A stretch of DNA of 64,000 nt from Phyllobates terribilis (Eukaryota): contig NW_027362767.1 in the NCBI RefSeq assembly GCF_046119375.1, positions 256,494,001 to 256,558,000 on the forward strand, in the 5' to 3' direction. Under the pieces are notes generated by a model. The model had not been told where the DNA came from. It searched no databases and saw only the letters and a list, made by a program, of their open reading frames with translations. Positions within the stretch are counted from its first letter, which is position 1. Each line of letters begins with the position of its first letter. Positions 48,244 to 60,200 of the stretch are shown piece after piece. Position numbers and translations under genes: made by a program.

Positions 48244-51200
48244 GTGAGTTGGGGCTTCTGTTGTGTGCCGGTGTGTACAGTGCTGTCCGTGCACCGGAGA
48301 ATGAGCGCAAAAACTCAACTCCAGTGTCCTGTACCCAAATCCTCTGCACCCAAGCCCAGTGTCCTGTACCCAAATCCTCTGCACCCAAGCCCAGTGTCCT
48401 GTACCCAAATCCTCTGCACCCAAGCCCAGTGTCCTGTACCCAAATCCTCTGCACCCAAGCCCAGTGTCCTGTACCCAAATCCTCTGCACCCAAGCCCAGT
48501 GTCCTGTACCCAAATCCTCTGCACCCAAGCCCAGTGTCCTTTACCCAAATCCTCTGCACCCAAGCCCAGTGTCCTGTACCCAAATCCTCTGCACCCAAGC
48601 CCAGTGTCCTGTACCCAAATCCTCTGCACCCAAGCCCAGTGTCCTGTACCCAAATCCACGGCTCCCACCCCCAGTGTCCTGTACCCAAATCCTCTGCACC
48701 CAAGCCCAGTGTCCTGTATCCAAATCCTCTGCACCCAAGCCCAGTGTCCTGTATCCAAATCCTCTGCACCCAAGCCCAGTGTCCTGTATCCAAATCCTCT
48801 GCACCCAAGCCCAGTGTCCTGTACCCAAATCCTCTGCACCCAAGCCCAGTGTCCTGTATCCAAATCCTCTGCACCCAAGCCCAGTGTCCTGTATCCAAAT
48901 CCTCTGCACCCAAGCCCAGTGTCCTGTATCCAAATCCTCTGCACCCAAGCCCAGTGTCCTGTATCCAAATCCTCTGCACCCAAGCCCAGTGTCCTGTACC
49001 CAAATCCTCTGCACCCAAGCCCAGTGCCCTGTACCGAAATCCACGGCTCCCACCCCCAGTGTCCTATACTCAAATCCTCTGCACCCAAGCCCAGTGTCCT
49101 GTATCCAAATCCTCTGCACCCAAGCCCAGTGTCCTGTACCCAAATCCACGGCGCCCAAGCCCAGTGTCCCGTACCCAAATCCTCTGCTCCCACCCCCAGT
49201 GTCCCGTACCCAAAGCCACGGCGCCCACCCCCAGTGTCCCGTACCCAAAGCCACGGCGCCCACCTCCAGTGTCCCGTACCCAAAGCCACGGCGCCCACCC
49301 CCAGTGTCCCGTACCCAAAGCCACGGCGCCCACCCCCAGTGTCCCGTACCCAAAGCCACGGCGCCCACCCCCAGTGTCCCGTACCCAAAGCCACGGCGCC
49401 CACCCCCAGTGTCCCGTACCCAAAGCCACGGCGCCCACCCCCAGTGTCCCGTACCCAAAGCCACGGCGCCCACCCCCAGTGTCCCGTACCCAAAGCCACG
49501 GCGCCCACCCCCAGTGTCCCGTACCCAAAGCCACGGCGCCCACCCCCAGTGTCCCGTACCAAAATCCGCTGCACCGCACACACATGCCGGCCGTACACAC
49601 ACTCAAACATATGGAACACAATACAGATGCAAAAATGTTTTATATTTTTTCTGGATGAAAAACGGACAGTTTTGCAAACGCTCGTGTGAACCCGGCCTAC
49701 TGATCACACTCGCCATTTCCCTCAAATTCCGCACAGCCGGTGGATTGGCATTAACCAACAGTGTCTTATTAAATGGGGCTAATTGTCATCCAGATTTCTC
49801 AGAAATATCGTAGTACAATTGGGAGCATAGCCGTACCTGGCGACCACAGCTGTACCTGGCACCCAGTTGTTTAGGCCATTTGTGCTGGGCCTTTCTCCAG
49901 TGACTGCAGTGGTCCAGAGATGCACTACAAGTACCAAGCACAGCTGCTCCACATTGCGTGAGAGTGAAGGTGTAAAATGCTGGGGCCGCCGGCTACTACA
50001 GGGTTCTGGCATTTTAACAGAAAGCAAAAGATGCAACCTACTGAAATCCAATATGGCAGACCCTAATTCCTCTGCTTTCTGGGGTGAACATGTTATCTGC
50101 TGGTGGTCCGAGTGTCTGCGCATCATGTACTGTGAGACCAAATCTAGGCTCGTCTCCATGTGATGTGATGCTTCTGATATATCTAAAATAAAAGCTGACA
50201 TGAGCTGCTTTGTGACCACCAGTTGATAATACACAGTGCAGTGTGTAGTGTGCGCAGGTTTAGTGTAATATACTTGTGTCCTCCTCTCAGAATTTGCTTT
50301 GTTTCCTTTTTTTATTTTTTAGAAATGTGAAGGCATCTTACAGCCCGAATCTCGCTCCTTCGCTGTGGACCCCCAGATCACCTCATTGGATGTCCTACAA
50401 CATATCCTGACCCGGGCCTTTGATCTGAGTGGGTGAGCTGCTTTGTATATCAGTACACAAAAAAGGGAACATTGTTAACCCCTTCTCCCCCAAGCGATTT
50501 TTCATTTTTTTTTCCAGGGCTGTGGAGTCAGTAAGCCAAACTCCGACTCCTCAATTTCCCTGACTTCGGACTCCACGACTCCTCACTACTGAGCGTGTAC
50601 ATAAAGTGCAGCACAGATTCATCTCAACTAAACGCCGAGATCCTTAGATCAGGAACAGAACAGACATTTATAGGACATTTCATAACGTTCCCAAATTCTT
50701 ATGAAAAAATGTACAGCCCATCCTGCATTGTACTACTGCACCAATCAGGGTTGTGGAGTCGGTAAGCCAAACCTCCGACTTCAACTCCTCATTTTCCATG
50801 CCTCCGGCTCCCTCATACATGGCTCATGTTTAAGTGATAAATTTACTGTAGCACAGATTCATCTCAGCTAAAAGTCTAGACCAGGGGTCGGGAACCTATA
50901 GCTCACGAGCTAGATGTGGCTCTTTTGAAGGCTGTGTCTGGCTCCCAGACGAGTGACCGATCATCTAACTGCCACTGACAGTTTAAAATGGCGCCGCCGC
51001 TTCTGATCTGCACCACAGAAAGCCGTCATCGGGATATAAAGCGCCCGCTCTCCTGACAGCTAGAGCGGCACTTGAGCTAGCGGAGCTCAGTTGCTGCTTG
51101 CACTGGGTGAGGAGAACGATGGCTGACAGCGCGGGAACTCCCTATACCTGCTGGTGAGCTCTCCTCCGGTCTGCGCTTATTCATTAAGCTCCGCTCGCTC

Positions 51201-54200
51201 AAGCGCCGCTCTAGCTGTCAGGAGAGTGGGCGCCTTATATCCCGGTGACGGCTTCCTGTGTTGCGGATCAGAAGCGGCGGAGCCATTTTAAACTCCACTG
51301 CCAGGAATCTGCAGCCGCATCAGTCGGAGAGTTTCTGAATACAGGTAACGCTAGTAATTCATACCACCTACGTTTCTGGTAACCAGTCAATTAGGGGAAC
51401 GCCAGTTACCACCACATATCAACCAGACTGCAAAGCCATCAGCAAAACCATGCAGCACCAGAAGTCACATTAATGGTAAGAAGTACTTTATCCATCATTG
51501 GTTAGCAACAGCACAACAACGTTATTAAAAAGAATTCAGAGACTTATTGTACTTTAAAAGTGTTGGTCTTGCATAAAATGCACACATTTACTTGTATTTA
51601 GTTTTAAACATATTGTATGGCTCACGGAATTACATTTTAAAATATGTGGCGTTCATGGCTCTCAACCAAAAAGGTTCCTGACCCCTGGTCTAGACCCTTA
51701 GATCAGGAATAGGACAGACATTTATAGGACATTTCATAACTTTCCCAAATTCTTATGAAAAAAATATTCCCCACAAACTGCATTGAACTACTGCACCCAA
51801 TTTATTATATATTTTAGGAGTTAGTCGGTCCATTTTATACAGATTCCGACTCCACCAAATTGGACACTGACTCCGACTCCACGACTCCTACTCCACAGCC
51901 CTGGTACCAATTTACATATAATTTAGGTGTCAGTAGGTCCATTTTATACCGACTCCAACTCCACAGCCTTGTTTTTTTTCCTCCCCTTCTTCCCATACCT
52001 TTTTTATTTTTTCGTCAATATAGCCATGATGAGGGCTTGAATTTTGTGGCACCAGTTGTACTTTTGAATAACACTATTGATTTTACTATATAGTGTACTG
52101 AGAAATGGGAGAAAAATTCCAAGTGCGATGAAATTGAGAAAAAAAAAAAAATGCAAATCCACAATTGTTTTTTTTTTTTTTTTTACTTCAATAGGAGACT
52201 TGAAGCTGTGATCATCCGATCACCTGTGCTTCAGCCCTGCTATGTGTAACATAAATCATGGTCTTCTGCAGATCCCCAGCTGTCATGACATCAGTGCCCC
52301 CCGATCACTTGACAGGGGCAGAGATTGACAGAGACATTTAACTTAATAGCCGCAGTCAGATCGCAATTCCACCCGCGGCTGTTAGAGGCACATGGCAGCT
52401 GATCAAATCAGCCATCATGTGCCGGGAAAGATGCTGGCTCAGCNNNNNNNNNNNNNNNNNNNNNNNNNNNNNNNNNNNNNNNNNNNNNNNNNNNNNNNNN
52501 NNNNNNNNNNNNNNNNNNNNNNNNNNNNNNNNNNNNNNNNNNNNNNNNNNNNNNNNNNNNNNNNNNNNNNNNNNNNNNNNNNNNNNNNNNNNNNNGGACA
52601 CACCTTCTCATTTAAAGATTGTTTTCTGTATTTTCATGACTTTGAAAATTGTACATTCACACTGAAGGAATTAACACATGTGGAATTATATACTTAACAA
52701 AAAGGTGTGAAACAACTGAAAATATGTCTTATATTCTAGGTTCTTCAAAGTAGCCACCTTTTGCTTTGATGACTGCTTTGCACACTCTTGGCATTCTCTT
52801 GATGAGCTTCAAGAGGTAGTCACCGGAAATGGTCTTCCAACAATCTTGAAGGAGTTCCCAGAGATGCTTAGCACTTGTTGGCCCTTTTTTCCTTCACTCT
52901 GCGGTCCAGCTCACCCCAAACCATCTCGATTGGGTTCAGGTCTGGTGACTGTGGAGGCCAGGTCATCTGGCGTAGCACCCCATCACTCTCCTTCTTGGTC
53001 AAATAGCCCTTACACAGCCTGGAGGTGTGTTTGGGGTCATTGTCCTGTTGAAAAATAAATGATGGTCCAACTAAACGCAAACCGGATGGAATAGCATGCC
53101 GCTGCAAGATGCTGTGGTAGCCATGCTGGTTCAGTATGCCTTCAATTTTGAATAAATCCCCAACAGTGTCAACAACTAAGCACCCCCACACCATCACACC
53201 TCCTCCTCCATGCTTCACGGTGGGAACCAGGCATGTAGAGTCCATCCGTTCACCTTTTCTGCGTCGCACAAAGACACGGTGGTTGGAACCAAAGATCTCA
53301 AATTTTGACTCATCAGACCAAACCACAGATTTCCACTGGTCTATTGTCCATTCCTTGTGTTCTTTAGCCCAAACAAGTCTCTTCTGCTTGTTGCCTGTCC
53401 TTAGCAGTGGTTTCCTAGCAGGCCTGCCATGAAGGCCTGCTGCACAAAGTCTCCTCTTAACAGTTGTTGTAGAGATGTGTCTGCTGCTAGAACTCTGTGT
53501 GGCATTGACCTGGTCTTTAATCTGAGCTGCTGTTAACCTGCAATTTCTGAGGCTGGTGACTCGGATAAACTTATCCTCAGAAGCAGAGGTGACTCTTGGT
53601 CTTCCTTTCCTGGGGCGGTCCTCATGTGAGCCAGTTTCTTTGTAGCGCTTGATGGTTTTTGCAACTGCACTTGGGGACACTTTCAAAGTTTTCCCAATTT
53701 TTCGCACTGACTGACCTTCATTTCTTAAAGTAACGATGGCCACTCGTTTTTCTTTACTTAGCTGCTTTTTTTCTTGCCATAATACAAATTCTAACAGTCT
53801 ATTCAGTAGGACTATCAGCTGTGTATCCACCAGACTTCTGCACAACACAACTGATGGTCCCAACCCCATTTATAAGGCAAGAAATCCCACTTATTAAACC
53901 TGACAGAGCACACCTGTGAAGTGAAAACCATTTCCGGTGACTACCTCTTGAAGCTCATCAAGAGAATGCCAAGAGTGTGCAAAGCAGTCATCAAAGCAAA
54001 AGGTGGCTACTTTGAAGAACCTAGAATATAAGACATATTTTCAGTTGTTTCACACTTTTTTAAGTATATAATTCCACATGTGGTAATTCATAGTTTTGAT
54101 GCCTTCAGTGTGAATGTACAATTTTCATAGTCATGAAAATACAGAAAAATCTTTAAATGAGAAGGTGTGTCCAAACTTTTGGTCTGTACTGTATATGTGT

Positions 54201-57200
54201 GTTTAGACCTGTGTGATGCATATGTGGGTCTTATATGTAAAGATAAACCACTTACAAAATTTATTTATAAACTTATATAAAATTACTCACAGGAAGAACT
54301 TTGGAATCAGCTACTTGGGTCGGGATAAGCAAGGACATGAGTTCTACCTGTCCCTGATGTCAGACTGGGACTTGGGAACCGCGTTTGCCAGTGCATCCAA
54401 GCCGTACCTGCAGCTGAAGCTAGACATCAAGCCATCAGAGGACAGTAAGTCATCACACCAAGGTGAAGGTGGCAGTGCTTGCCAGTAGGCAGTCTGTGAT
54501 GGCAGGTTGTCTGTTAAACCATGTGCCAGCCATAATCACAGTGCACCTTCATGATAAGTGGAGCCTGCAGGGGCGTCACACTTCTCTCTCACCATTCATC
54601 ATTCTGCTCTGTGTTATACACTAAGGTCCCCTGCTGGAAGACTGGGACATAATCAGCCCTAAGGATGTCATTGGCACAGACTTGTTTTTTGTGGATAAGC
54701 GGACGCTCAGCGCGGCTCTGCCATTCACTCAGTCCATCCTGTCCCAGGTGAGACCTGTCTTGTGCCCCTTGATGTGATTTTTCTGATCCTGTATAATTGG
54801 GGGGCAGGGGACGACTACGTATTATTGGCCATATAGTCACATTCTGATTTTGTCTTTCCTGGGATACAGGTTGGGCGTACAATCTCCAGGATGCAGCAAG
54901 CCCTGAGCTGGACTTATGGTGAAGATGTGAAGCCTTTCAAGCCACCGCTGAGTGATGTGGAATTCCACACCTACCTAAACCATGAGGGGCAGCTCACCCG
55001 CCCCGAGGAGCTGCGTCTGCGTATATACCATGGAGGCGTCGAGCCTTCATTGAGAAAGGTAAGGTTTTATATTTTCTGAATATGATCCATACTTGTCAGA
55101 CGATTGTTGTGGATATTTTTGTACATATGAAATTACAACCATTAGTCCAACAATATTTATCTGGGACTTTTTTGTTTTAAGAGGGTTTCTAGATTGTTAT
55201 AATGTGGTCCTCCTCCCATAAGCCGATCCTTGTAGGAAGTTCTCAGAATTAATCATTGGAGGGCAACAATCAGAGCAGAAGACTCATTGAAATCAAGAAG
55301 TTGCTTACTGGTCTTGTCATTTTCCCTTTAAACTCCATCTTATGCAAATATTGAGTGTCTGTCATCAGTGGCTTTGTACACCTCGCCCTGTTGCTTGCTT
55401 TACCATTTGCTTCTAAGTCAAACTGGAAGGTCAATGGGTCTGCTGCCAAACACCAATATTGTCTTTTAACCTGAGACTCCCCACCCTCACGGACAACTAA
55501 AATGTTTGACCTCTTAAATGTCTTTGTAAAGGAACAGGTTTTATGGTTAGATTGTCATAGATCAGTCACAAGGAAGATTTCTAAAGATGGAGGGACTGAC
55601 GAGAAGCATTTCAGTTATGTGACTTGTACAGAGATAGGACAGTACACGGAATACAACAGTGGCGAGCTTATCCATAGTCACATAGGACTTGTCGAATTCC
55701 TTATGGTGAAAAAGTGCATTATATATTGCAAGTATTAATATTTTTCTTCTGTGTGTTTTCCTTGCCCTCTATTAGATGTGAATTTCCCATACCCTGTTCC
55801 TGTATTCTCCTATGTTTTTTTCCCGATCAGGTCGTCTGGCGATATCTCTTGAACGTGTACCCAGATGGTCTGACGGGGCAGGAGCGTATGGATTACATGA
55901 AAGCTAAAACCCGAGAGTATTACCAGCTGAAGAGTGAGTGGAGGGATCGGTGCAGCCAGGAAGACTTGGAGTTCATCCAGGGCAACGTCATGAAAGATGT
56001 CCTGCGCACAGATCGTACCCATCCCTATTTTTCAGGTTCAGAGGACAACCCTCACCTTCAAGCCTTGCACGACTTGCTAACCACATACGCTGTTACCCAC
56101 CCACAGGTGTCTTACTGCCAGGGCATGAGTGACATCGCCTCACCCATCCTGGCTGTGATGGACAATGAAGCCCATGCTTTTATCTGTTTTTGTGGCATTA
56201 TGAAAAGGTTAGAAGGGAACTTTCGCATGGATGGGGAATGCATGTCTGTGAAATTCGCTCATCTCAAATTACTGCTGCGGTATTCTGACCCAGAGTTCAA
56301 TACTTACCTAATGTCTCGGGGTGCAGATGACCTCTTCTTCTGCTACCGCTGGCTGCTTCTAGAGCTCAAGAGGGAATTTGCTTTTGAGGATGCTCTAAGA
56401 ATGTTAGAGGTGATGTGGAGCTCATTACCTCCTGATCCTCCAGAGAAAGAAGTGGAGCTTATGGGACCTCCGTGTGCACCAGGGGAATGTCTAAAAAATA
56501 CCCGGAGGAGGCACATGATGCGTCCAGACCGTGGGCTGAGCCCGGAGGGTGAGGAGGAGGTTTCGTCGACCCAAGTAGAGACTGAGAGAGAACAAACAGA
56601 GATGATATTGGAAAAAACAGAACCCGATGGAGAGCAAGAATCAAGCCCTGAGAGGTGTCCAATGTTGAAGCAGGCCAGCTTTGGAGAGTTTAAGTGTTAT
56701 GGTGCTAATGATGGCAGGTCAAGCTTTGAATCGGAGGATCTGCCTCTGACTCCTATCCTCCAGGTTCGGCAATCCACTGAGGTGGACGATGAAGAACGGT
56801 TTTGGGAACAAGAGCCTCTCATTAAACCTCCTGACTCGTTGGGGGTCTCCAAATCCATGTCCAATCCTTCATTGACCTCTTGCACTCCTACTTCTCTGAG
56901 CCCTACATCTCTTGCTACGACTGACCCCAGTGAACCAACCTCTGCTGCTAAGGATGAAGGCGAGTCTCAGCTGGAAGCTGAGCAGACAGCGGCCAGTTCC
57001 CCAGCTCCGATCAGCCTACCTCCGCCCCAGGAATTTGGACGAGGGAACCCCTTCATGCTCTTTTTATGTCTTTCCATTTTGTTGGAGCATCGTGAGCAAA
57101 TTATGAAACAAAACATGGGTTACGATGAGCTTGCAATGCACTTTAACCGCCTGGTCCGAAGGCACAACCTAAACCGCGTGCTCCACCGCGCCAAAGCTCT

Positions 57201-57282
57201 CTTTGCTGACTACCTACAGTCTAAAGTGTGGGATTCGGAGGAAGGAGATGAGGCCGCTGCAGAATCTCCTTCCACCTCCTGA
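48193..57282 (+). CDS. TBC1D25: TBC1 domain family member 25 (Rab GAP, OATL1), 6 exons, 2076 nt = 691 aa
   Basis: Exons 48193-48243, 50323-50432, 54293-54444, 54626-54747, 54870-55058 and 55831-57282; EEEEREVVRVRV N-terminus, LIR EDWDII, Arg finger DVLRTDR, Gln finger YCQGM. Confidence 0.95.
48321..49560. repeat. 35-bp C-rich minisatellite, about 35 copies, two sub-arrays
   Basis: cccagtgtcctgtacccaaatcctctgcacccaag, switching to cccagtgtcccgtacccaaagccacggcgcccacc near 49170. Confidence 0.95.
50323..50432 (+). CDS. TBC1D25: TBC1D25 exon 2
   Basis: tttag| acceptor and |gtgagc donor; KCEG...SFAVDPQITSLDVLQHIL. Confidence 0.93.
50746..51903. mobile_element. Second copy of the same MITE family inserted into the first
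   Basis: cagggttgtggagtcgg...ccacagccctg; TSD gcaccaat / gtaccaat. Confidence 0.8.
50882..51687. mobile_element. hAT (Charlie/Buster-type) non-autonomous element
   Basis: caggggtcgggaacct / aggttcctgacccctg TIRs, perfect 8-bp TSD gtctagac; internal inverted repeat of about 105 bp (about 50985-51105 vs 51185-51290). Confidence 0.92.
52597..54191 (-). mobile_element. Near full-length Tc1 element with a defective transposase
   Basis: ORF 52868-53869 has D-D-E motifs, but an extra A after ATG GCA AG puts the true start out of frame and a second frameshift follows RRVK; the left end runs into an N gap. Confidence 0.93.
54293..54444 (+). CDS. TBC1D25: TBC1D25 exon 3
   Basis: cacag| acceptor and |gtaagt donor; KNFGISYLGRD...SKPYLQL. 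Confidence 0.92.
54626..54747 (+). CDS. TBC1D25: TBC1D25 exon 4 (LIR)
   Basis: ctaag| acceptor and |gtgaga donor; PLLEDWDIISPKDV. Confidence 0.92.
54870..55058 (+). CDS. TBC1D25: TBC1D25 exon 5
   Basis: tacag| acceptor and |gtaagg donor; VGRT...GGVEPSLRK. Confidence 0.93.
55831..57282 (+). CDS. TBC1D25: TBC1D25 exon 6 (TBC domain)
   Basis: atcag| acceptor; VVWRYLLNVYP...; TGA at 57280-57282. Confidence 0.95.
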   Translation, partial: VVWRYLLNVYPDGLTGQERMDYMKAKTREYYQLKSEWRDRCSQEDLEFIQGNVMKDVLRTDRTHPYFSGSEDNPHLQALHDLLTTYAVTHPQVSYCQGMSDIASPILAVMDNEAHAFICFCGIMKRLEGNFRMDGECMSVKFAHLKLLLRYSDPEFNTYLMSRGADDLFFCYRWLLLELKREFAFEDALRMLEVMWSSLPPDPPEKEVELMGPPCAPGECLKNTRRRHMMRPDRGLSPEGEEEVSSTQVETEREQTEMILEKTEPDGEQESSPERCPMLKQASFGEFKCYGANDGRSSFESEDLPLTPILQVRQSTEVDDEERFWEQEPLIKPPDSLGVSKSMSNPSLTSCTPTSLSPTSLATTDPSEPTSAAKDEGESQLEAEQTAASSPAPISLPPPQEFGRGNPFMLFLCLSILLEHREQIMKQNMGYDELAMHFNRLVRRHNLNRVLHRAKALFADYLQSKVWDSEEGDEAAAESPSTS

Positions 57283-60200
57283 CCATTCATTCTGTTGTCT
57301 TTTTCTTGAATTCATCCACTGGTCGAGAGCCCAGAAAATTTCCAGACGAGACATTTGGTGTTCCTGTGGTGAACCAATTTAGTCCCAGGCTCGTACTGAA
57401 CAACACATTTACGGATTTGACCGTTTTCTAGCACTCTCGGGTGCATCAGCCTTCTGGCCTGGAACCTTCAATTGAGCCTCTGTTCATCCTGGCCTCTTAA
57501 ACTAGTTATATACTTCCCATTAGAAATTAGATTTATATCCACAAGTGTATATGTATCCCAACTGGAAAACATCACCAGGACCTTTGTTACAAAAAATTAT
57601 AGCAACATTGTTCCAACAAAGCCCAAAATAATATAAAACCTAGATTATTATAACCAGGGCCTGCAGGGACTTCTGTCTCATGTAATAGTTTCTGCTCTGG
57701 GGTCAGGTCTGCTGTGCTATGATATCCTATAACCAGAACATGTTAATATCAATACATTTATTGTAGCGTTAGTATCAGGGAGACGTACAAATCAGTTTTA
57801 TCTACATAGACTGCCATTTATGAGACCTAGATTAATAATTAGACCTTGTGTCCAGATCGGTAACGGGTCGGTGGGCGAGTCATGTCATGGCGTCATTCCG
57901 AGTTAGTAGTTGAAGCATGGAAGGAGATGCTGGGCCTCCTAGTTCTGCCACCACTCAAGCAGGTCTAGTTAATGTGGAGGTTATCTTTCATTTTATACAC
58001 TGCTTTATAAACACTCTGGATCCAGGACTCTCTTCTGCCCAGGACTTTTGCCCGTCACATTTACAGTGGCAGTAGAATAGGCTTTTGGGCTCTGTTGTCC
58101 CTATAATATGACCAGGGATAACCGCTGTTTGGACTGATGTGCATCATGTGAGCGAAGTGAGGAAAGAAGTGCTGAGCCTTCATATACAGGTCACTTATTG
58201 GTTTATCTGTGAAGCTGCATAATTACATCTTGTACAATCACTATCAATCACCAGGGGAGCAGATGAATGGTCCGTTCTGCAAGAACGCCATGTCGAGACT
58301 GTATAAGCCAAATCTAGAGATGAAGCTTATCTATCTGGCAATATAATCAGGCAAACCAGTCCGCACATAGCCAGCTGATCTCGAACAGGGGTTCCCCAGA
58401 TTATATTACCACCAGTGCAAAATGGACGTCAACGTTAGACTTTTAATCATACTGTCAGTTTCTAAAGTGCTCCCTAACATAAACCCCCAATATCTGCAGT
58501 GATATTTTTAAGATGTTGTGCCATTTAATAGACACACACCTTGGCACCAGGATAGTTTATTATTAATGGACTGTAAATTATTAGGACTAGAGCTTTGCTG
58601 TAAATGGACAGCAGGGGGAGCCAGAGTACCACAACAAATTGTGTAATGTGGGTTTTGTTTTTTTACAGATAGTATCATTTTCCTATTTTAGCTTAGCACA
58701 TGGTTTCATTTTTAGGTTGTGATAGCACACAGCTTTTGCAAATACTGAAGTTATAGAATTGGGAGAAGGAATGAATTCTTAGATGTCAGAGGCATCAATA
58801 TAAGCTTATATATCATTGCCCTATTTTTTTAGTTTTTTTCACTGTATCTTATCAATGAAATCAGAATATTACAGGATTACAAAGAGCTAAAATATTGCTT
58901 ATTGCAAAAAAAAAAAAAAAAAAAAAAAAAAAAGAAAACGAACTGCAGGCCAGAAGCAAACGCAGTGGCATCTGGAACCACTAGGTGGCAGCATAGTCTC
59001 CTTGCAAATCATGGGGCAGATATAAATAGAATGTTTGTATTATAAAAGGGCAATAGTCTGCAGGACAGGTTCTCTGGGTCCTCTCAGTCTGAGTGTGGTT
59101 GTGGAGGTAGGGTTCAGAGAATGATATCTTATAGGTCAAAGTGGGACTGTTACATTTCATCAGTTTAGCATTGTATAGACTTGTAATATTGCTCATAACT
59201 ATACAATAATATATAGTATTTCTATTCTGACAATAGACTGAATCTAAATAGCCTGTAAGGCCTGGGACTTGTCCCAGTATCCGCCATGACTGGGTATTTC
59301 CATTAAGAACAAAGTGTGTTTTGTCTAGATAACGGAGGCTGCATCCTGTACTGTAAAGCATGGGGAATGGATACCATACACTACATAATAGTCAGAGGTC
59401 CTATGCATTAAGGAGAGGTTCCAGGTTTCTTATAGCAATGCTGTGTCGCCTAAACGATGGGGTCCGTGGTGCATTATAGTCACCCTGGTCGATCTTCATT
59501 TCATTCCAGCCTCTTATTTGCACATGGGCGCGCTGTGCCTCCTATTTATTTTGTATTTGGTTCTGTTTTTGTACTTTGTATTTAATTATGTTGCTGCTTT
59601 TCTTCCGTTGAATTGTTTTTTTTGCCAAAGAATGTTTTTATAGATGCACAGGTGCAACAAGGTTTAGGATTCAGCAAGGGATTACACTACACTACTCTGG
59701 GAAAACATTCCCCTATTTATGTTCCATTATGGGATCGTTCTCCTAGTGATTTGCCTGGAAGCTTCCCTTTACACTGGCTAGGATTGCGAACTTAACGGTT
59801 GCAAAAATCTAAAATTGCGAAACTTTCTTTTTTAGCCGGATTGTAAGCCACGTGTAACCCTGACCTGTTTTCAGCATATCCATGGTTTTACATGCCACCA
59901 AATCTCACATGTTTTGGTCGCTCGTCATGTTTGAGACTTGCTGAGAAAAGTTATGGTGGAGCTGTAGCCTCAAAGGCTCATCTGTCATTTTTCAAAATTT
60001 GGGTAAAAGTTGAAAAATAGTATAGAATAAAAAAAATAAATTAAAAAAAGCACAAAATTACTTACCTATTTGATCCCTTATTGGTACGGTGATCACTACG
60101 GGTCCGGCAGTGATAATGTCACATCCATCTTTTACCTGCCAGCAGTGGGCACTGACATTTCTGTTTGCACCCCAATCTTTACCCTCAGTAAATGCCACAT

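Larger units (their letters stand above)
50515..51971. mobile_element. Outer hAT-type MITE (cagggctgtggagtc family) hosting nested insertions
   Basis: TIRs at 50515 and 51971, T-rich near-TSD. Confidence 0.75.

Noticed and set aside
47930-49813. Long ORFs of 350-520 aa on both strands as independent genes
   Set aside because: Products of the 35-bp minisatellite; only the exon 1 read-through is noted as a curiosity
52356-52697. ORFs containing X runs
   Set aside because: They span an assembly gap
52868-53869. Active or domesticated transposase
   Set aside because: The true ATG is out of frame through an extra A, and the C-terminus is frameshifted
59050-59170. Ig V-like DRFSGS peptide
   Set aside because: No flanking Ig cysteines, WYxQ motif, leader or RSS; consistent with chance
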